From: an uncultured virus (IMG/VR IMGVR_UViG_3300002835_000038)
Lineage: Duplodnaviria; Heunggongvirae; Uroviricota; Caudoviricetes
DNA: 58,401 nucleotides
Reading direction: 5' to 3' (one strand)
Virus record (IMG/VR): IMGVR_UViG_3300002835_000038
Span: 62,001 to 120,401 of that record
The notes beneath the pieces were generated by a model. That model saw only the letters and a program-made list of their open reading frames with translations. It searched no databases and was not told the origin of the DNA. Each line of letters starts with the position of its first letter. The stretch's first letter is position 1. Shown piece by piece: positions 31,198 through 41,450 of the stretch. Made by a program: the position numbers and the translations under genes.

Positions 31198-34100
31198 TTA
31201 TTTTATCCCATTTGCAGTAACAGTAAAGTCTTTCTGAACTTTTGTCTTACTTTTATTTTTAGTAAAGTATGCCTCTACTTTAATTTTTGTCTCTACTCCG
31301 TTTAAATATATATCTTTATTACTCTTTATATTTTTGACTTGAAATTCCGCATCTTTAACTGCCTTTTCGGTTGCTTGGTTTTTATTTGCCTCAAAAGTTG
31401 TTTTTGCAGTAGTTAACACATTTTCCGCAGTAGTTATTTTATTATCATAATCTTTAATTTTATTAGGGTCCGCCAATTTAGTAAATGAAGATAATGGTTC
31501 ACTTATTTTTATATCATTTTTAGGTCCAACTTCTTTATTTTCACCACCAACTTTTATTATCATTTTCATTTCATTATTTTCATTTGCACTGTTTTCTTTA
31601 TCAGTTGGGTTCGTTTCACTTGGTAACTTATTCCCTCTAGTTGTTGACATAATTTCAGTGTCGTTAATTGTTATTTCAATAGGATTATCCGACTCAACTT
31701 GTTCAGTACTAGTATTTTTTTCATCTTGTTTTACTTGATCGATAGTATCTTGTGTTTTTAAACTACCATATATAGTCTGAACCGTATCCTTACCAATTAA
31801 CCTTTCTTTTAATTGCCCTAATTTAACACCATCTTTTATTTTACCATCTTCAATTGTATCAGAACGAACATCATACATTTCTGTATTTGCGTAATAATTA
31901 AATGAAACTGCGTTTTGTAATCTATTAATTGGACCAACTAATGAATGTCCACCAATTAAATCAATACTAAGTGAAACTGTCGCAATCATAGGTTGAACCC
32001 CAATACCTTCAGGATTAGTGTCCCACTTAGGTCCATCATATGTTATAGATAATGTGTTTATTGCTACTTTGGTGTGGAAGAAATCACCTATTCTTAAAAT
32101 ACAGATTGGTGGTCTACCAAATGAAAGGTTTTGTGGTTGTACCCCAACCTCTACACCATCTTTAGTAGTGTTTTTATCATAGATACTAGGACCCTGTCTC
32201 ATACATTGATTTAAAAATGTTAACCTACTATTAAAACCTTCAGGTGTTATACTGTGAAAACCTGCATGAAAGTATCTAATTTTTTCAGAAATAGTTTTAA
32301 AGTAATTAGGGTAATTTGCATCAATAAAATCAAAATAAGGTCCCTCATCAATAATTAGATTATCAATTAAGTTGATTGCCTCTACAGGATCTATTGGTTC
32401 AGGATCTCCCTCACCTTTTTCTGGAGGTAGCGCTTCTGTAGAATTTTCTGTGTCATTTTCCATTAATACATCTACTCTATAATCTTCTATGTTATCAGTT
32501 TCTATAGCTTTACCAGGTTCTATTTTTATAGGTGATATGTTTTTAAATGTTTTTACATCTAATGACTGTTGTAAAAATGTAGTAAGTTTATCTTTTAAAT
32601 CTTTAGAAAATGAGTCTGCTAATGATACTGGTTGAGCTGGTGATATATCATTTCTTGCCACCTCAATACTTGCAAAACCATTAAGTGTTATTAAAACTTT
32701 AGGATTAGTGTTACTTAATTGTTTTTTTATAAATTCTAAAACTTCTATTTTTAGTTTATTAAATCCTGATTCATCAATTTTTCTAGTTGCCTTACAATTT
32801 TCTGTTGTCTCAGTACAATTCTCTACATAGTTAACTGTTCCTTTCTTTTGTTCTTTTTCAGGTATATTTATTTTTGGTTTTTCCTTTTCATATATTTTTT
32901 TCTCAACCTCATCGATATCTGTTTGTGGTACTGCACACTCCAACGCCCTAATAAAATCTTCAGGTGTGACACAACCCGCAAAGAAACGCTCAACAAGGTT
33001 ATTATTCATTCCTCTGTAACAATTTATTACTCTTGGGTGATCGACTATTATTTTAAATGATAGTGACCCACTTCTTTTGGAATTATTATATGTGTAAACA
33101 GGTTCACTTCTACCGATAAACTCAGTTTGTGTCCAATTGGCACTAGTATTCTCATCAAATGTTAATTCATATGGTGGGAACCACATTATCCTACCCTTAG
33201 TACCTGTTAATGGATCACCTGGTCCAATTTCAAATAAAGGTAAATCTGCCAAATTGTCTGCCCAAGCCAAATTTTCCAATGATAACATGAATTTCTTCCT
33301 AGTAGTCTTAGAATCTAATATACTAGGATGATATTTAGGTATCCCATTCTCCATTAAAACACTAAGTGATGCCTTATCCTGTCTTGAAGAAAATCCTTCA
33401 CCAGGGCTCTCTGAATTGAAAAATAATCCTGTGTTCCTAATTGCGTTGAAATAACTGTATCTATCATTTACAGTCCATACTCTACAGAAATTAGTGTTAC
33501 CATCAACATCTATTAATGCTAATTCTCTAATTGCGTTACCTCTACTTATAATTCTATCTTGTTCTTTATCTCTAAAGTATTTTTTTGTTTGATTAATGAA
33601 AACATCGTTCTCATTATTATTAACTAATTGTTGTGTCTTATATAATAACGTTTTAGGGTTAAAGTTTTGTTCACCACCAGTTGTCCAGAAAAATTTATTT
33701 TCTTCACCTGACGGTTCCCCAATACCTTCTATGGTAGTTCTTTGACTATTACCAGTATTATCTATTTCACCGTTAAAGTCTTTACTCGTAAATCTAGTGG
33801 TAATTCGATTACCTCTATTTGTATTTCTTTCGGTACCTACATAATATCTCGGATTAATACCTGCGTTATCTGTACCAGCCAATCTACTATCAACATAGTT
33901 TGGTCTATAATCATTTCTATTTAAAAGACTAAATGCGAAAGATACTTGTTCGGTACTAGTTCTTTCGAATAATACCTTCATTCGTAATTCTGTCGATAAA
34001 GTTGGTTCAACACCTTCTTGTATATCTAAATTTGATTTTAATAATTCATCACCTGATTTTACACTACTATTGTATTCATTCCAACCAACTGCCCCATTTG

Positions 34101-34770
34101 GTAATGTATTAAAGAATTGGGTACTACCCCTCATTCTATTTACATACTCATCAACTCTATCACCTAATGGTGGTGTAATAAATCCACGTATATATCTTTC
34201 ATCATTGGTAAATCCCTCAACCTGTGCAATTTTATCTATTACAGTTTTCTCTAATTGAACTCCACCTAAAATACCTAATGAAGATTCTTTTTGAAAATTT
34301 AAAGATTTATATGTATCAATTACATTGAAAGGGAAAATTACACCTTTCTTAACACCAGTACTTACTAGTGTAAATTGATTTTGATTATATGATGTTGGAT
34401 AAAAACCTCTTGTCTTAGGTCCGAATGATGTTGGTAACGGATACCATAAATTAGGTGGTACCGTTAACTCATAAGTTACATATTGATCATTTTGTGGGAT
34501 GTATTTATTTAAATTGACATTTTGTGTCATTCTAAATAATGTACCTAAAGGAAATAATTTCTTTTCTTCGTTATAATGAACAGGTATATTCTCATTCTCA
34601 GTACCCATTACAGGCACATTTATAACCTTACCAATATCTTGTAATTTTGATACAAGACCAGATTGTACTAATGTTTCATTTACTGGTGGTGGTAAATTTC
34701 TATTTAATAATCTATTCCTAAATTCTTGTGTAGAATAAATACCTTTATTATAATCTAATATTCCTGCCAT
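31198..34770 (-). CDS. Large baseplate / tail-tube initiator-like protein (1190 aa)
   Basis: WFPPYELTFDENTSANW...GRSEPVYTYNNSKRSGSLSF and PPICILRIGDFF...P resemble tube-initiator proteins of contractile tails; follows the tape measure gene. Confidence 0.65.
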   Translation of the reverse strand: MAGILDYNKGIYSTQEFRNRLLNRNLPPPVNETLVQSGLVSKLQDIGKVINVPVMGTENENIPVHYNEEKKLFPLGTLFRMTQNVNLNKYIPQNDQYVTYELTVPPNLWYPLPTSFGPKTRGFYPTSYNQNQFTLVSTGVKKGVIFPFNVIDTYKSLNFQKESSLGILGGVQLEKTVIDKIAQVEGFTNDERYIRGFITPPLGDRVDEYVNRMRGSTQFFNTLPNGAVGWNEYNSSVKSGDELLKSNLDIQEGVEPTLSTELRMKVLFERTSTEQVSFAFSLLNRNDYRPNYVDSRLAGTDNAGINPRYYVGTERNTNRGNRITTRFTSKDFNGEIDNTGNSQRTTIEGIGEPSGEENKFFWTTGGEQNFNPKTLLYKTQQLVNNNENDVFINQTKKYFRDKEQDRIISRGNAIRELALIDVDGNTNFCRVWTVNDRYSYFNAIRNTGLFFNSESPGEGFSSRQDKASLSVLMENGIPKYHPSILDSKTTRKKFMLSLENLAWADNLADLPLFEIGPGDPLTGTKGRIMWFPPYELTFDENTSANWTQTEFIGRSEPVYTYNNSKRSGSLSFKIIVDHPRVINCYRGMNNNLVERFFAGCVTPEDFIRALECAVPQTDIDEVEKKIYEKEKPKINIPEKEQKKGTVNYVENCTETTENCKATRKIDESGFNKLKIEVLEFIKKQLSNTNPKVLITLNGFASIEVARNDISPAQPVSLADSFSKDLKDKLTTFLQQSLDVKTFKNISPIKIEPGKAIETDNIEDYRVDVLMENDTENSTEALPPEKGEGDPEPIDPVEAINLIDNLIIDEGPYFDFIDANYPNYFKTISEKIRYFHAGFHSITPEGFNSRLTFLNQCMRQGPSIYDKNTTKDGVEVGVQPQNLSFGRPPICILRIGDFFHTKVAINTLSITYDGPKWDTNPEGIGVQPMIATVSLSIDLIGGHSLVGPINRLQNAVSFNYYANTEMYDVRSDTIEDGKIKDGVKLGQLKERLIGKDTVQTIYGSLKTQDTIDQVKQDEKNTSTEQVESDNPIEITINDTEIMSTTRGNKLPSETNPTDKENSANENNEMKMIIKVGGENKEVGPKNDIKISEPLSSFTKLADPNKIKDYDNKITTAENVLTTAKTTFEANKNQATEKAVKDAEFQVKNIKSNKDIYLNGVETKIKVEAYFTKNKSKTKVQKDFTVTANGIK

Positions 34771-34899
34771 ATATAATAATTTCTTATTATATAAATATTG
34801 GGTCTATAAAATTCAGGTGATTATTTATTATTTTATATATTCAAGTATTCTTGTTTTATTTATAAATCTAGAATTATTTCTTGAATAAACTGGTCCTTG

Positions 34900-34930
34900 C
34901 AATAATAGTAATAATTTTCTGAAAAGTCAA
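34900..34930 (-). promoter_or_regulatory. Sigma70-like promoter in a gene-free interval
   Basis: Minus strand TTGACT-N17-TATTATTG, 130 nt upstream of the nearest ATG. Confidence 0.5.
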
Positions 34931-34959
34931 TAGTAAAATGAAAATATTTTTTATTTTTT

Positions 34960-36942
34960 TTACACTGCCATATAATCAGTGGCTTCTTTACTAGAAGGAA
35001 CACCACCATTTCTAAATCTACCGTTTAAGTGAGAAATAATTGTTTTCTCAACCATAGGTTTTATAGACGCCATATCTATATTATTTGTAGAACCATCAGG
35101 TGACACTAATTCTATTCTACCTGTTATATTTAAATTACCAAATTCAATTGTAGTTGATTCAGCCATATTATTGTTACCACCCATCATAGATTTATCCATA
35201 AGTTTGTCTAATGGTCCACCTTTTTTTGCACCAATAATATCATCTTCATTAGAAAAACTAGTTATCTCACCTGAAGATCTTAACATAAAGTCACCACTTT
35301 CTTTTTTACCTACATTTTGACCTGGTGCTTTAATTACTTCTTGACCCGCAACTGTTCTCAAAATTTTTAAAATTTCCTCAACGTCCATTGCTAATTCAGG
35401 ATTTTTTAATGCCTCTGCCAAATCTTTTGCAAAATTACCCTCAAAAATTTTAGATACTCCTTCTCCTGTTGATAATCCTAATTTTTCTGCCTGTTCTAAC
35501 ATCATTTCTCTAAGATTACCATACGGTGTAGTTTGTAAATATTCAATTGTTTTTGTAACTTGATCTTCCGCACCTTTCAAAAGTGACTCTAAACCAGGTC
35601 TCATTATATCTTCAGTTAATTCATAAACATTAGATTCTGCAACATATCCAGTTTTCATTGCTTCTAATATGTTTGACAAAATTTGATTAGTAGTCATTGA
35701 ATTATAGGCTAGATCCATAATTGCCTCTTCTTCATTTTTAGGTGCTGCCAATATTTTTTCTGCTAAATCTACACCAATGTCTTCAATACCTACTTCTTTT
35801 CCATCAAAATCAACAACCCACTTACCATCTTTCATTTTAGCCATACTCGCTAAACCATCTCTCATATCCTCATCTTGAATATTTCCCGAAACGTTCATCT
35901 TAATGTCTTTAATTTTAGATGATTGTCTAGCAATTTCTATCATACTATCAACGTTGACACCTAATTGTTCACCAGCAGCCTTTAATTGCATTCTAGCCTC
36001 AGCAGGAAATTCATATTCACCAGTTTCTTCATTAAACTGAATCATATTTTCAGTCATTGTCTGAACTTTCTTTGCTAACTCCTCAGGTTTGTTTCTTGCG
36101 AGATACATAGTTTCAAACGGATCACCAAAGGCTTCTGCAACATCACCACCTAACATTTGTAAATTTGCGACTGCTTCTATTGCAGCTTCTGGCTCATAAA
36201 ACTTTTCAGCCATCTGCAACATATCACTAACATCCATTCTCATCTGAACCGCTAATTTAGCCATTTGAGTCATGCCTTTTACCCCACCTTTAAATGACAT
36301 AGATGACATTTGATCAAAATTGTTGGCTAATGTTTTTGCAACTTGACTAGCATTTAAACCTAATTTTTGACTTTCTACTGTTAATGAGTTTAATAATTTA
36401 TTTGAATTATCCACACTAACACCCATTAAGTCCATTCTTTCTACTAAAGCACCTGCACTTTGATTTGTTAAATTTAACCCTTTGGTTAATAAAAATATGT
36501 TTGAAACCTCCTCAGGTGAAATTATTCTAGCCCTACCACTATTTTCCGCAAATTCCTCCATTATGCTTGATACATCACTAGCAGAACCACCAAATTTTTG
36601 TACTTCCGCAGTTGCTCTATTAAATGATTTAGTAAATTCTTTACTTCTACCTACTGAAATACCAATATTTATTGCGGTTTGTTTAGATTCTTTAGCCAAT
36701 TCTTCCGCATATTTATACTGTGCTTGTGAATCAGTTGCAAATTTTCTGAATTCTGTTGATATGTTCTTTACCGATAAAACCGCATCTTTTAATAAATCAT
36801 TACTATCGCCTATATTTTTACTAACACTAGCCGATTTTTTATCAATCTTGTCCATATTATCAGACATTTCATCTAATCTATCATTTAGTTTTTGTATCTG
36901 ATCCTGAAGGTCTTTTATATCATTTTCTGTAGGTGCTGCCAT
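34960..36942 (-). CDS. Tail tape measure-like protein (660 aa)
   Basis: Ala/Met/Gln-rich, helical composition (PEAAIEAVANLQMLGG); lies downstream of the tail chaperone and upstream of hub genes. Confidence 0.7.
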   Translation of the reverse strand: MAAPTENDIKDLQDQIQKLNDRLDEMSDNMDKIDKKSASVSKNIGDSNDLLKDAVLSVKNISTEFRKFATDSQAQYKYAEELAKESKQTAINIGISVGRSKEFTKSFNRATAEVQKFGGSASDVSSIMEEFAENSGRARIISPEEVSNIFLLTKGLNLTNQSAGALVERMDLMGVSVDNSNKLLNSLTVESQKLGLNASQVAKTLANNFDQMSSMSFKGGVKGMTQMAKLAVQMRMDVSDMLQMAEKFYEPEAAIEAVANLQMLGGDVAEAFGDPFETMYLARNKPEELAKKVQTMTENMIQFNEETGEYEFPAEARMQLKAAGEQLGVNVDSMIEIARQSSKIKDIKMNVSGNIQDEDMRDGLASMAKMKDGKWVVDFDGKEVGIEDIGVDLAEKILAAPKNEEEAIMDLAYNSMTTNQILSNILEAMKTGYVAESNVYELTEDIMRPGLESLLKGAEDQVTKTIEYLQTTPYGNLREMMLEQAEKLGLSTGEGVSKIFEGNFAKDLAEALKNPELAMDVEEILKILRTVAGQEVIKAPGQNVGKKESGDFMLRSSGEITSFSNEDDIIGAKKGGPLDKLMDKSMMGGNNNMAESTTIEFGNLNITGRIELVSPDGSTNNIDMASIKPMVEKTIISHLNGRFRNGGVPSSKEATDYMAV

Positions 36943-36947
36943 ATTAA

Positions 36948-37094
36948 CTATTTTTTGTTTTCTTCAAAATCCTTTCTAATTTTTTCAAAATCTTCTTTTA
37001 TTCTCTCAAAAATTTTTAAAATTTCATTAAATTCCGATTTAGTTTTAGAATTTTTTACAATTGTTTTAACGTTATTTCCTATATTTTTTAACAT
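36948..37094 (-). CDS. Small charged hypothetical protein, 48 aa (absent from the ORF track)
   Basis: MLKNIGNNVKTIVKNSKTKSEFNEILKIFERIKEDFEKIRKDFEENKK*; TAATG coupling with 37094..37591 and stop 5 nt before the tape measure ATG. Confidence 0.55.
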   Translation of the reverse strand: MLKNIGNNVKTIVKNSKTKSEFNEILKIFERIKEDFEKIRKDFEENKK

Positions 37095-37591
37095 TATTTA
37101 GTTTCAATAATTTCAAAAATAACATCTTCTTTTAAACCACTTCTAGTTTTTTGTCCTGAAGAAATATTTCCGAATTCGTTATAAAAAAGTTGTAATTCAC
37201 CTATTTGTCTAGATCTTCTTTGAAGTGTTTCATAAAATAAAAATAAACCTATTCTATAGTCCCAATCGTTCTGTTGTAAAATCATGAAATCGTTATTAAA
37301 TCCTAGTACGTTAAACTTTTCTAAACCATTAAATTCATACTCAGTTTTCTTTACTGCGGATCGTACAGAAGTTTTTACTGTACCTACAAAATCTATAGTT
37401 ATTGATAAAAATGGTAAAGACTCAATAGTCTCTTCATATGCTAATCTACTTTGTATTTTAGCATTTAATATATCCATTTTATCTTTAGTTATATTAATAT
37501 TACTCTGAACGTCCTCAACATCTTTAGTAGTTACATTTTCTATGAGAAAATTTAAATAATTAACCGTATTCAAAAATTTATCAATATTCAT
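37094..37591 (-). CDS. Hypothetical protein (165 aa)
   Basis: ORF with an ATATTTATT motif upstream. Confidence 0.55.
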   Translation of the reverse strand: MNIDKFLNTVNYLNFLIENVTTKDVEDVQSNINITKDKMDILNAKIQSRLAYEETIESLPFLSITIDFVGTVKTSVRSAVKKTEYEFNGLEKFNVLGFNNDFMILQQNDWDYRIGLFLFYETLQRRSRQIGELQLFYNEFGNISSGQKTRSGLKEDVIFEIIETK

Positions 37592-37628
37592 TTATTTTAT
37601 TTTATTAATAAATATCTTATTTTTTAAA

Positions 37629-37772
37629 TTATTCTTTAGGTACTAAGTATGATATGAAATATTTGCGCATATAAGTGGGCATAATCAGAATATCTGAATA
37701 TGTAAAACCTTTACCCACTAAAAATAAAATTTCTTTTAAAAGATTTTGTTGGTGGTTAGATGTCAGGCCAAA
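37629..37772 (-). CDS. Probable frameshift-accessed C-terminal extension of the tail assembly chaperone (gpT / gp51-like), 47 aa
   Basis: The +1 frame reads FGLTSNHQQNLLKEILFLVGKGFTYSDILIMPTYMRKYFISYLVPKE*, overlaps the chaperone end at TTT TGG and has no ATG before its conserved-looking core. Confidence 0.65.
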   Translation of the reverse strand, partial: FGLTSNHQQNLLKEILFLVGKGFTYSDILIMPTYMRKYFISYLVPKE

Positions 37773-38535
37773 ATAAGTTTTTATTGACCCTAAGAAAGGT
37801 ATTTACGGACTCTCCCCCCTGAGTCCTCGCAGTAACATTAAAGTTTATACCTGGTTCTATTTCTGAAATATATTTATTTAAACTCCTAATATCAACTAAT
37901 GGTAGTGTTTTAAGAATATTCGATATTTTAATTTTATCTCTTTCACCATCTATTGACATTATTGATCTTTCTAATCTAAGTGTTGTCTTTGTGGAAATTT
38001 CACTTTTAGTTCGTTCCATTAATTCAGAATCTAAAATATCAATCTCTTCTTCATCTTTACCACTTAAAAATCTAAATTTAATATTTTTATTAGATTTTGG
38101 TAATAAAAAATCAAATAAACCACTTTCATCTGGTTTTACAGTTAACTTTTTTTGTTCTAATTTTGATAAATCTATATCACCCTCAACAATTTTTTTAGTC
38201 ACTGGGTGTACCACTGGTTGAATATAATTTTCACCAAAGGCGGAAACTCTTAAAAATAGAAGTATTGCCATTCTATCACCTTCTAAAAGTAACTTATGAT
38301 CAAAACCTAAATCTTTAACTTTTCTCTCAATCAATACATCAACTAATTTACCACTAGCCAATATATTTGGTGATGTGAGTACATTTTCATCGTAAGCAGT
38401 TAAAAACTCAACTTTAACACTTGATTTTTTATTCGGATATAATAAACCTTGTGATGGTAATTCAATTACATCATAAGGTACTTTGTACTCATCGGGTACA
38501 AAATTAGGGTCCATAAAACTTTGTCTTTCTTCCAT
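37756..38535 (-). CDS. Tail assembly chaperone / baseplate hub assembly protein (T4 gp26-like)
   Basis: IELPSQGLLY, FLTAYDENVLTS, LLEGDRMAILLFLR, IKFRFLSGKDE and a terminal FWPD; lies between tube and tape measure genes. Confidence 0.75.
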   Translation of the reverse strand: MEERQSFMDPNFVPDEYKVPYDVIELPSQGLLYPNKKSSVKVEFLTAYDENVLTSPNILASGKLVDVLIERKVKDLGFDHKLLLEGDRMAILLFLRVSAFGENYIQPVVHPVTKKIVEGDIDLSKLEQKKLTVKPDESGLFDFLLPKSNKNIKFRFLSGKDEEEIDILDSELMERTKSEISTKTTLRLERSIMSIDGERDKIKISNILKTLPLVDIRSLNKYISEIEPGINFNVTARTQGGESVNTFLRVNKNLFWPDI

Positions 38536-38571
38536 ATTATAAAACTATATATTTTTTATTTAAAGTAAATG

Positions 38572-40746
38572 TTATACTATCTGTATTGGTTCAATAACCA
38601 CTTCTATACTACCATATATATTTTCTACATCCTCTTTATCGTATCCGTCATTTGGATTCATCGGTGTATTCTCTTCATCAGGATCAGTAATTATAGTTGA
38701 CTCACTTTCTTCACTTTCAAGATTTCTTTTCTTTGCCCAGTAATCAGCACAAGCCTGATTTAATTTATTTTCTAATTCTGTTAATTTTTGAACATTTAAA
38801 GGTTGTCCATCTACGGTAGTTTCAGGTAAAAGTTTTTCCATTAATTCATCTTTAGTTGGTAGATTAGGTAATCCTGGTAAAACTTTTTTGAATAGTGATA
38901 CAATACTAACCATCCATTGGTTATTATCTAAACTAGAATTACCTGAATTAAATTGTTTATCTACTTCACTTTCTAAATTTTCTATACTAGTTTTAAGTTT
39001 ACTTATTCTTTCTTTAATTTTAGTCGCCTTACCATCTTTATCCTCACAGAAATCCTCTATATCCTGTTGTTTCCATTCACCTATATTATTAAGATCAGAA
39101 TATTCTTTTTGGAATTCTTGAAGTTCATTTTTAAAATCATCTATTTTATTAAATAAAGAATCTACTCTATCTTTACATTCTTTAAAACATTCACTATTAG
39201 TTACTTCATCCGCAGGCATTTCTTTCTCACAATTCGCTCTACATCCCGAATATGCATCTTTTCTTAAATCGGCCAAATCGTTATACACATAAGACAAAGT
39301 GGAAGGGATGATACCTATAGGGTGATACTTCCATATATCACTTTCCCAATAATCAGCCAATGCGGTAACAATTATAGATTCGTCTTTAGGTATACCTCCT
39401 CTTTGGTATGTTTTATAACCTTCATATAACGTTATTAATGCGATTTGTTCCGCAACTATTCGAACAGGTGCCTCTACAAAAAATTTTAACCTTTTATTTG
39501 TGGTAGTACTAAAATCACCTTTCGCTGGTAAAAGAGTATCAACAAAACTAAATCTTTGTTTTGAATAGAATTTTTTACCAGGACCTAACAAAGATATAAT
39601 TTTTAAACCTTGTGATGCGGTTGGAAAAGTCCATCGAAAACCTTGACCAACTACACCCGCAATGTTGGACCCAAAATTTCTCTTTTTACCATCTGTATTA
39701 TCTACAACACTTGTTTGAGTTACTGGTGTATCACTATCATTAGGTTCAATAATATTACCACTATCATCTTTAATAGGTGATTTTGTAGGTGTAGTATCAA
39801 CAGGTTTTAAAGATCTTTGGTTGATAACATTACCAGACTCATCCAAAGTCAATTCAACCAATTCTACAGTATTAATAATTTTTATTTTACCATCTGCGGT
39901 TCTAACCATTAATGATTTACCACCGTCAATCTCTTTCAATACTTGATCTGCGGACATATCTTTACCAGTTTTTTTACCTAAATTTTCAAATCCTTTTTCG
40001 ATTGCATCTATTATCTCACCCTTAATTACGTCAGGATTACCAAGTGAGTTAATTTCATCAGTAGTTACCTTAGTAGTACCAACACTACCATCTGAACCGT
40101 CAAAATATGCATTAACCTCATCTGATGCCAACTTTTGATCATAATTATTATCCTTAGTAATACCATTATCATCAACTTTATAAGTTTCAATTTTACCACC
40201 AGAATCGGTATCTACTTTATGTATTACATTTTGACCATCAACACCCTTAGTTACAACAATAGTTTGTGATTTAGTTTTTGGTGGTATGTAAGAACCTTTA
40301 CTTTCTTTCCACAGATCAAATACCATACCCCTTAAATCACCTTGCGCTGGTAAATCGTTTATTATTGCTAACATATCACTATCAGAAATATTTTTTAATC
40401 TTCCACTTTTTTCCCAACTATTCAATGAAACGACAACATCATTTGCGTAATCCCAATTTATACCCATAGATTTCCACAATGATTTATAATCATTTAAATG
40501 TCTCGCTAAATCATCAAGATTTTTTATTTCTGAATTTAAAAAATTAGTTGCCAATTTAGGGTCAACATTTTTTATTGCCTTAGCAACTGAAGATCCTGCC
40601 GAATCTAATGCATCTGCAATTCTTCTACCAATCCCTTGTTCAGTTAATAATAAAGATTCATTAATATTACCATGTACTCTACTATTATTAAAAAGAGATT
40701 TCATCCTATTTATCTCCTCATTTAAATTTATATATTTTTTTTTCAT
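38572..40746 (-). CDS. Leader-bearing hypothetical protein, putative internal head/ejected protein (724 aa)
   Basis: N-terminal LNEEINRMKSLF...LLTEQ; the rest is not recognised. Confidence 0.5.
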   Translation of the reverse strand: MKKKYINLNEEINRMKSLFNNSRVHGNINESLLLTEQGIGRRIADALDSAGSSVAKAIKNVDPKLATNFLNSEIKNLDDLARHLNDYKSLWKSMGINWDYANDVVVSLNSWEKSGRLKNISDSDMLAIINDLPAQGDLRGMVFDLWKESKGSYIPPKTKSQTIVVTKGVDGQNVIHKVDTDSGGKIETYKVDDNGITKDNNYDQKLASDEVNAYFDGSDGSVGTTKVTTDEINSLGNPDVIKGEIIDAIEKGFENLGKKTGKDMSADQVLKEIDGGKSLMVRTADGKIKIINTVELVELTLDESGNVINQRSLKPVDTTPTKSPIKDDSGNIIEPNDSDTPVTQTSVVDNTDGKKRNFGSNIAGVVGQGFRWTFPTASQGLKIISLLGPGKKFYSKQRFSFVDTLLPAKGDFSTTTNKRLKFFVEAPVRIVAEQIALITLYEGYKTYQRGGIPKDESIIVTALADYWESDIWKYHPIGIIPSTLSYVYNDLADLRKDAYSGCRANCEKEMPADEVTNSECFKECKDRVDSLFNKIDDFKNELQEFQKEYSDLNNIGEWKQQDIEDFCEDKDGKATKIKERISKLKTSIENLESEVDKQFNSGNSSLDNNQWMVSIVSLFKKVLPGLPNLPTKDELMEKLLPETTVDGQPLNVQKLTELENKLNQACADYWAKKRNLESEESESTIITDPDEENTPMNPNDGYDKEDVENIYGSIEVVIEPIQIV

Positions 40747-40763
40747 ATTTTTTGTTTAAATTT

Positions 40764-41450
40764 TTATGTGTATTGTAATATTGCCAATATGTGAGACAAG
40801 TTCAACCCATCATTTAATACATTACCTCTATATAGATTAGTAATATTTAAAAAATGTGTAAGTGTATCTCCATATTTTAAAGGTCCTTCAGGTATTTTCA
40901 TAGATGCAGCCTCAGAAGAATTTATTTCTACATCAACCAAATCACCACCAGAATTTTTCTGAAGAGTTCCATTTTCCCATTTAGTGGTTTGACCTTTTAC
41001 TGTACCAAGATATTTAAACATTGACGTACCACCTTTTATAATGATGTTAGATCCATCACATTCATATTTAGACCTAAATAATAAATTTCTATTTTTATTT
41101 TCCTCATTTAGTAACATTGTTAAAATTAATTGGTTATCGGAATAAAATGTAAAATAAAACGTAGGTAATCCATCAGTTTTATGTTTTCCTTTTGCCAAAA
41201 CAAAACAATCTTCTATCGTGTTTCCAGCGGAACTTACAGATAAATTAGATGCAACTGCTGATAACGCTTCTTTTACACATTTTATATTTTCATTATTATC
41301 GCAAGAAGATGCGGTTTCAGAAGGGCTAAAAACTTTGTAACCTTTCTCTTCCAAATCCTCCTCACATTTATTTAGATCACCACCACATTGTTCTTTAATT
41401 AACATTAAAGATTTAATTCTATTTACTTGTTCCGTTAAGTTCCTCATCAT
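40764..41450 (-). CDS. Leader-bearing hypothetical protein (228 aa)
   Basis: N-terminal LTEQVNRIKSLMLIKEQ followed by a Cys-containing domain. Confidence 0.5.
   Translation of the reverse strand: MMRNLTEQVNRIKSLMLIKEQCGGDLNKCEEDLEEKGYKVFSPSETASSCDNNENIKCVKEALSAVASNLSVSSAGNTIEDCFVLAKGKHKTDGLPTFYFTFYSDNQLILTMLLNEENKNRNLLFRSKYECDGSNIIIKGGTSMFKYLGTVKGQTTKWENGTLQKNSGGDLVDVEINSSEAASMKIPEGPLKYGDTLTHFLNITNLYRGNVLNDGLNLSHILAILQYT

Noticed and set aside
34771..34959. tRNA gene in the intergenic gap
   Set aside because: No cloverleaf or GTTC(G/A)A T-loop in a suitable context; the sequence is too AT-rich. I recognised no tRNA elsewhere in the window either.
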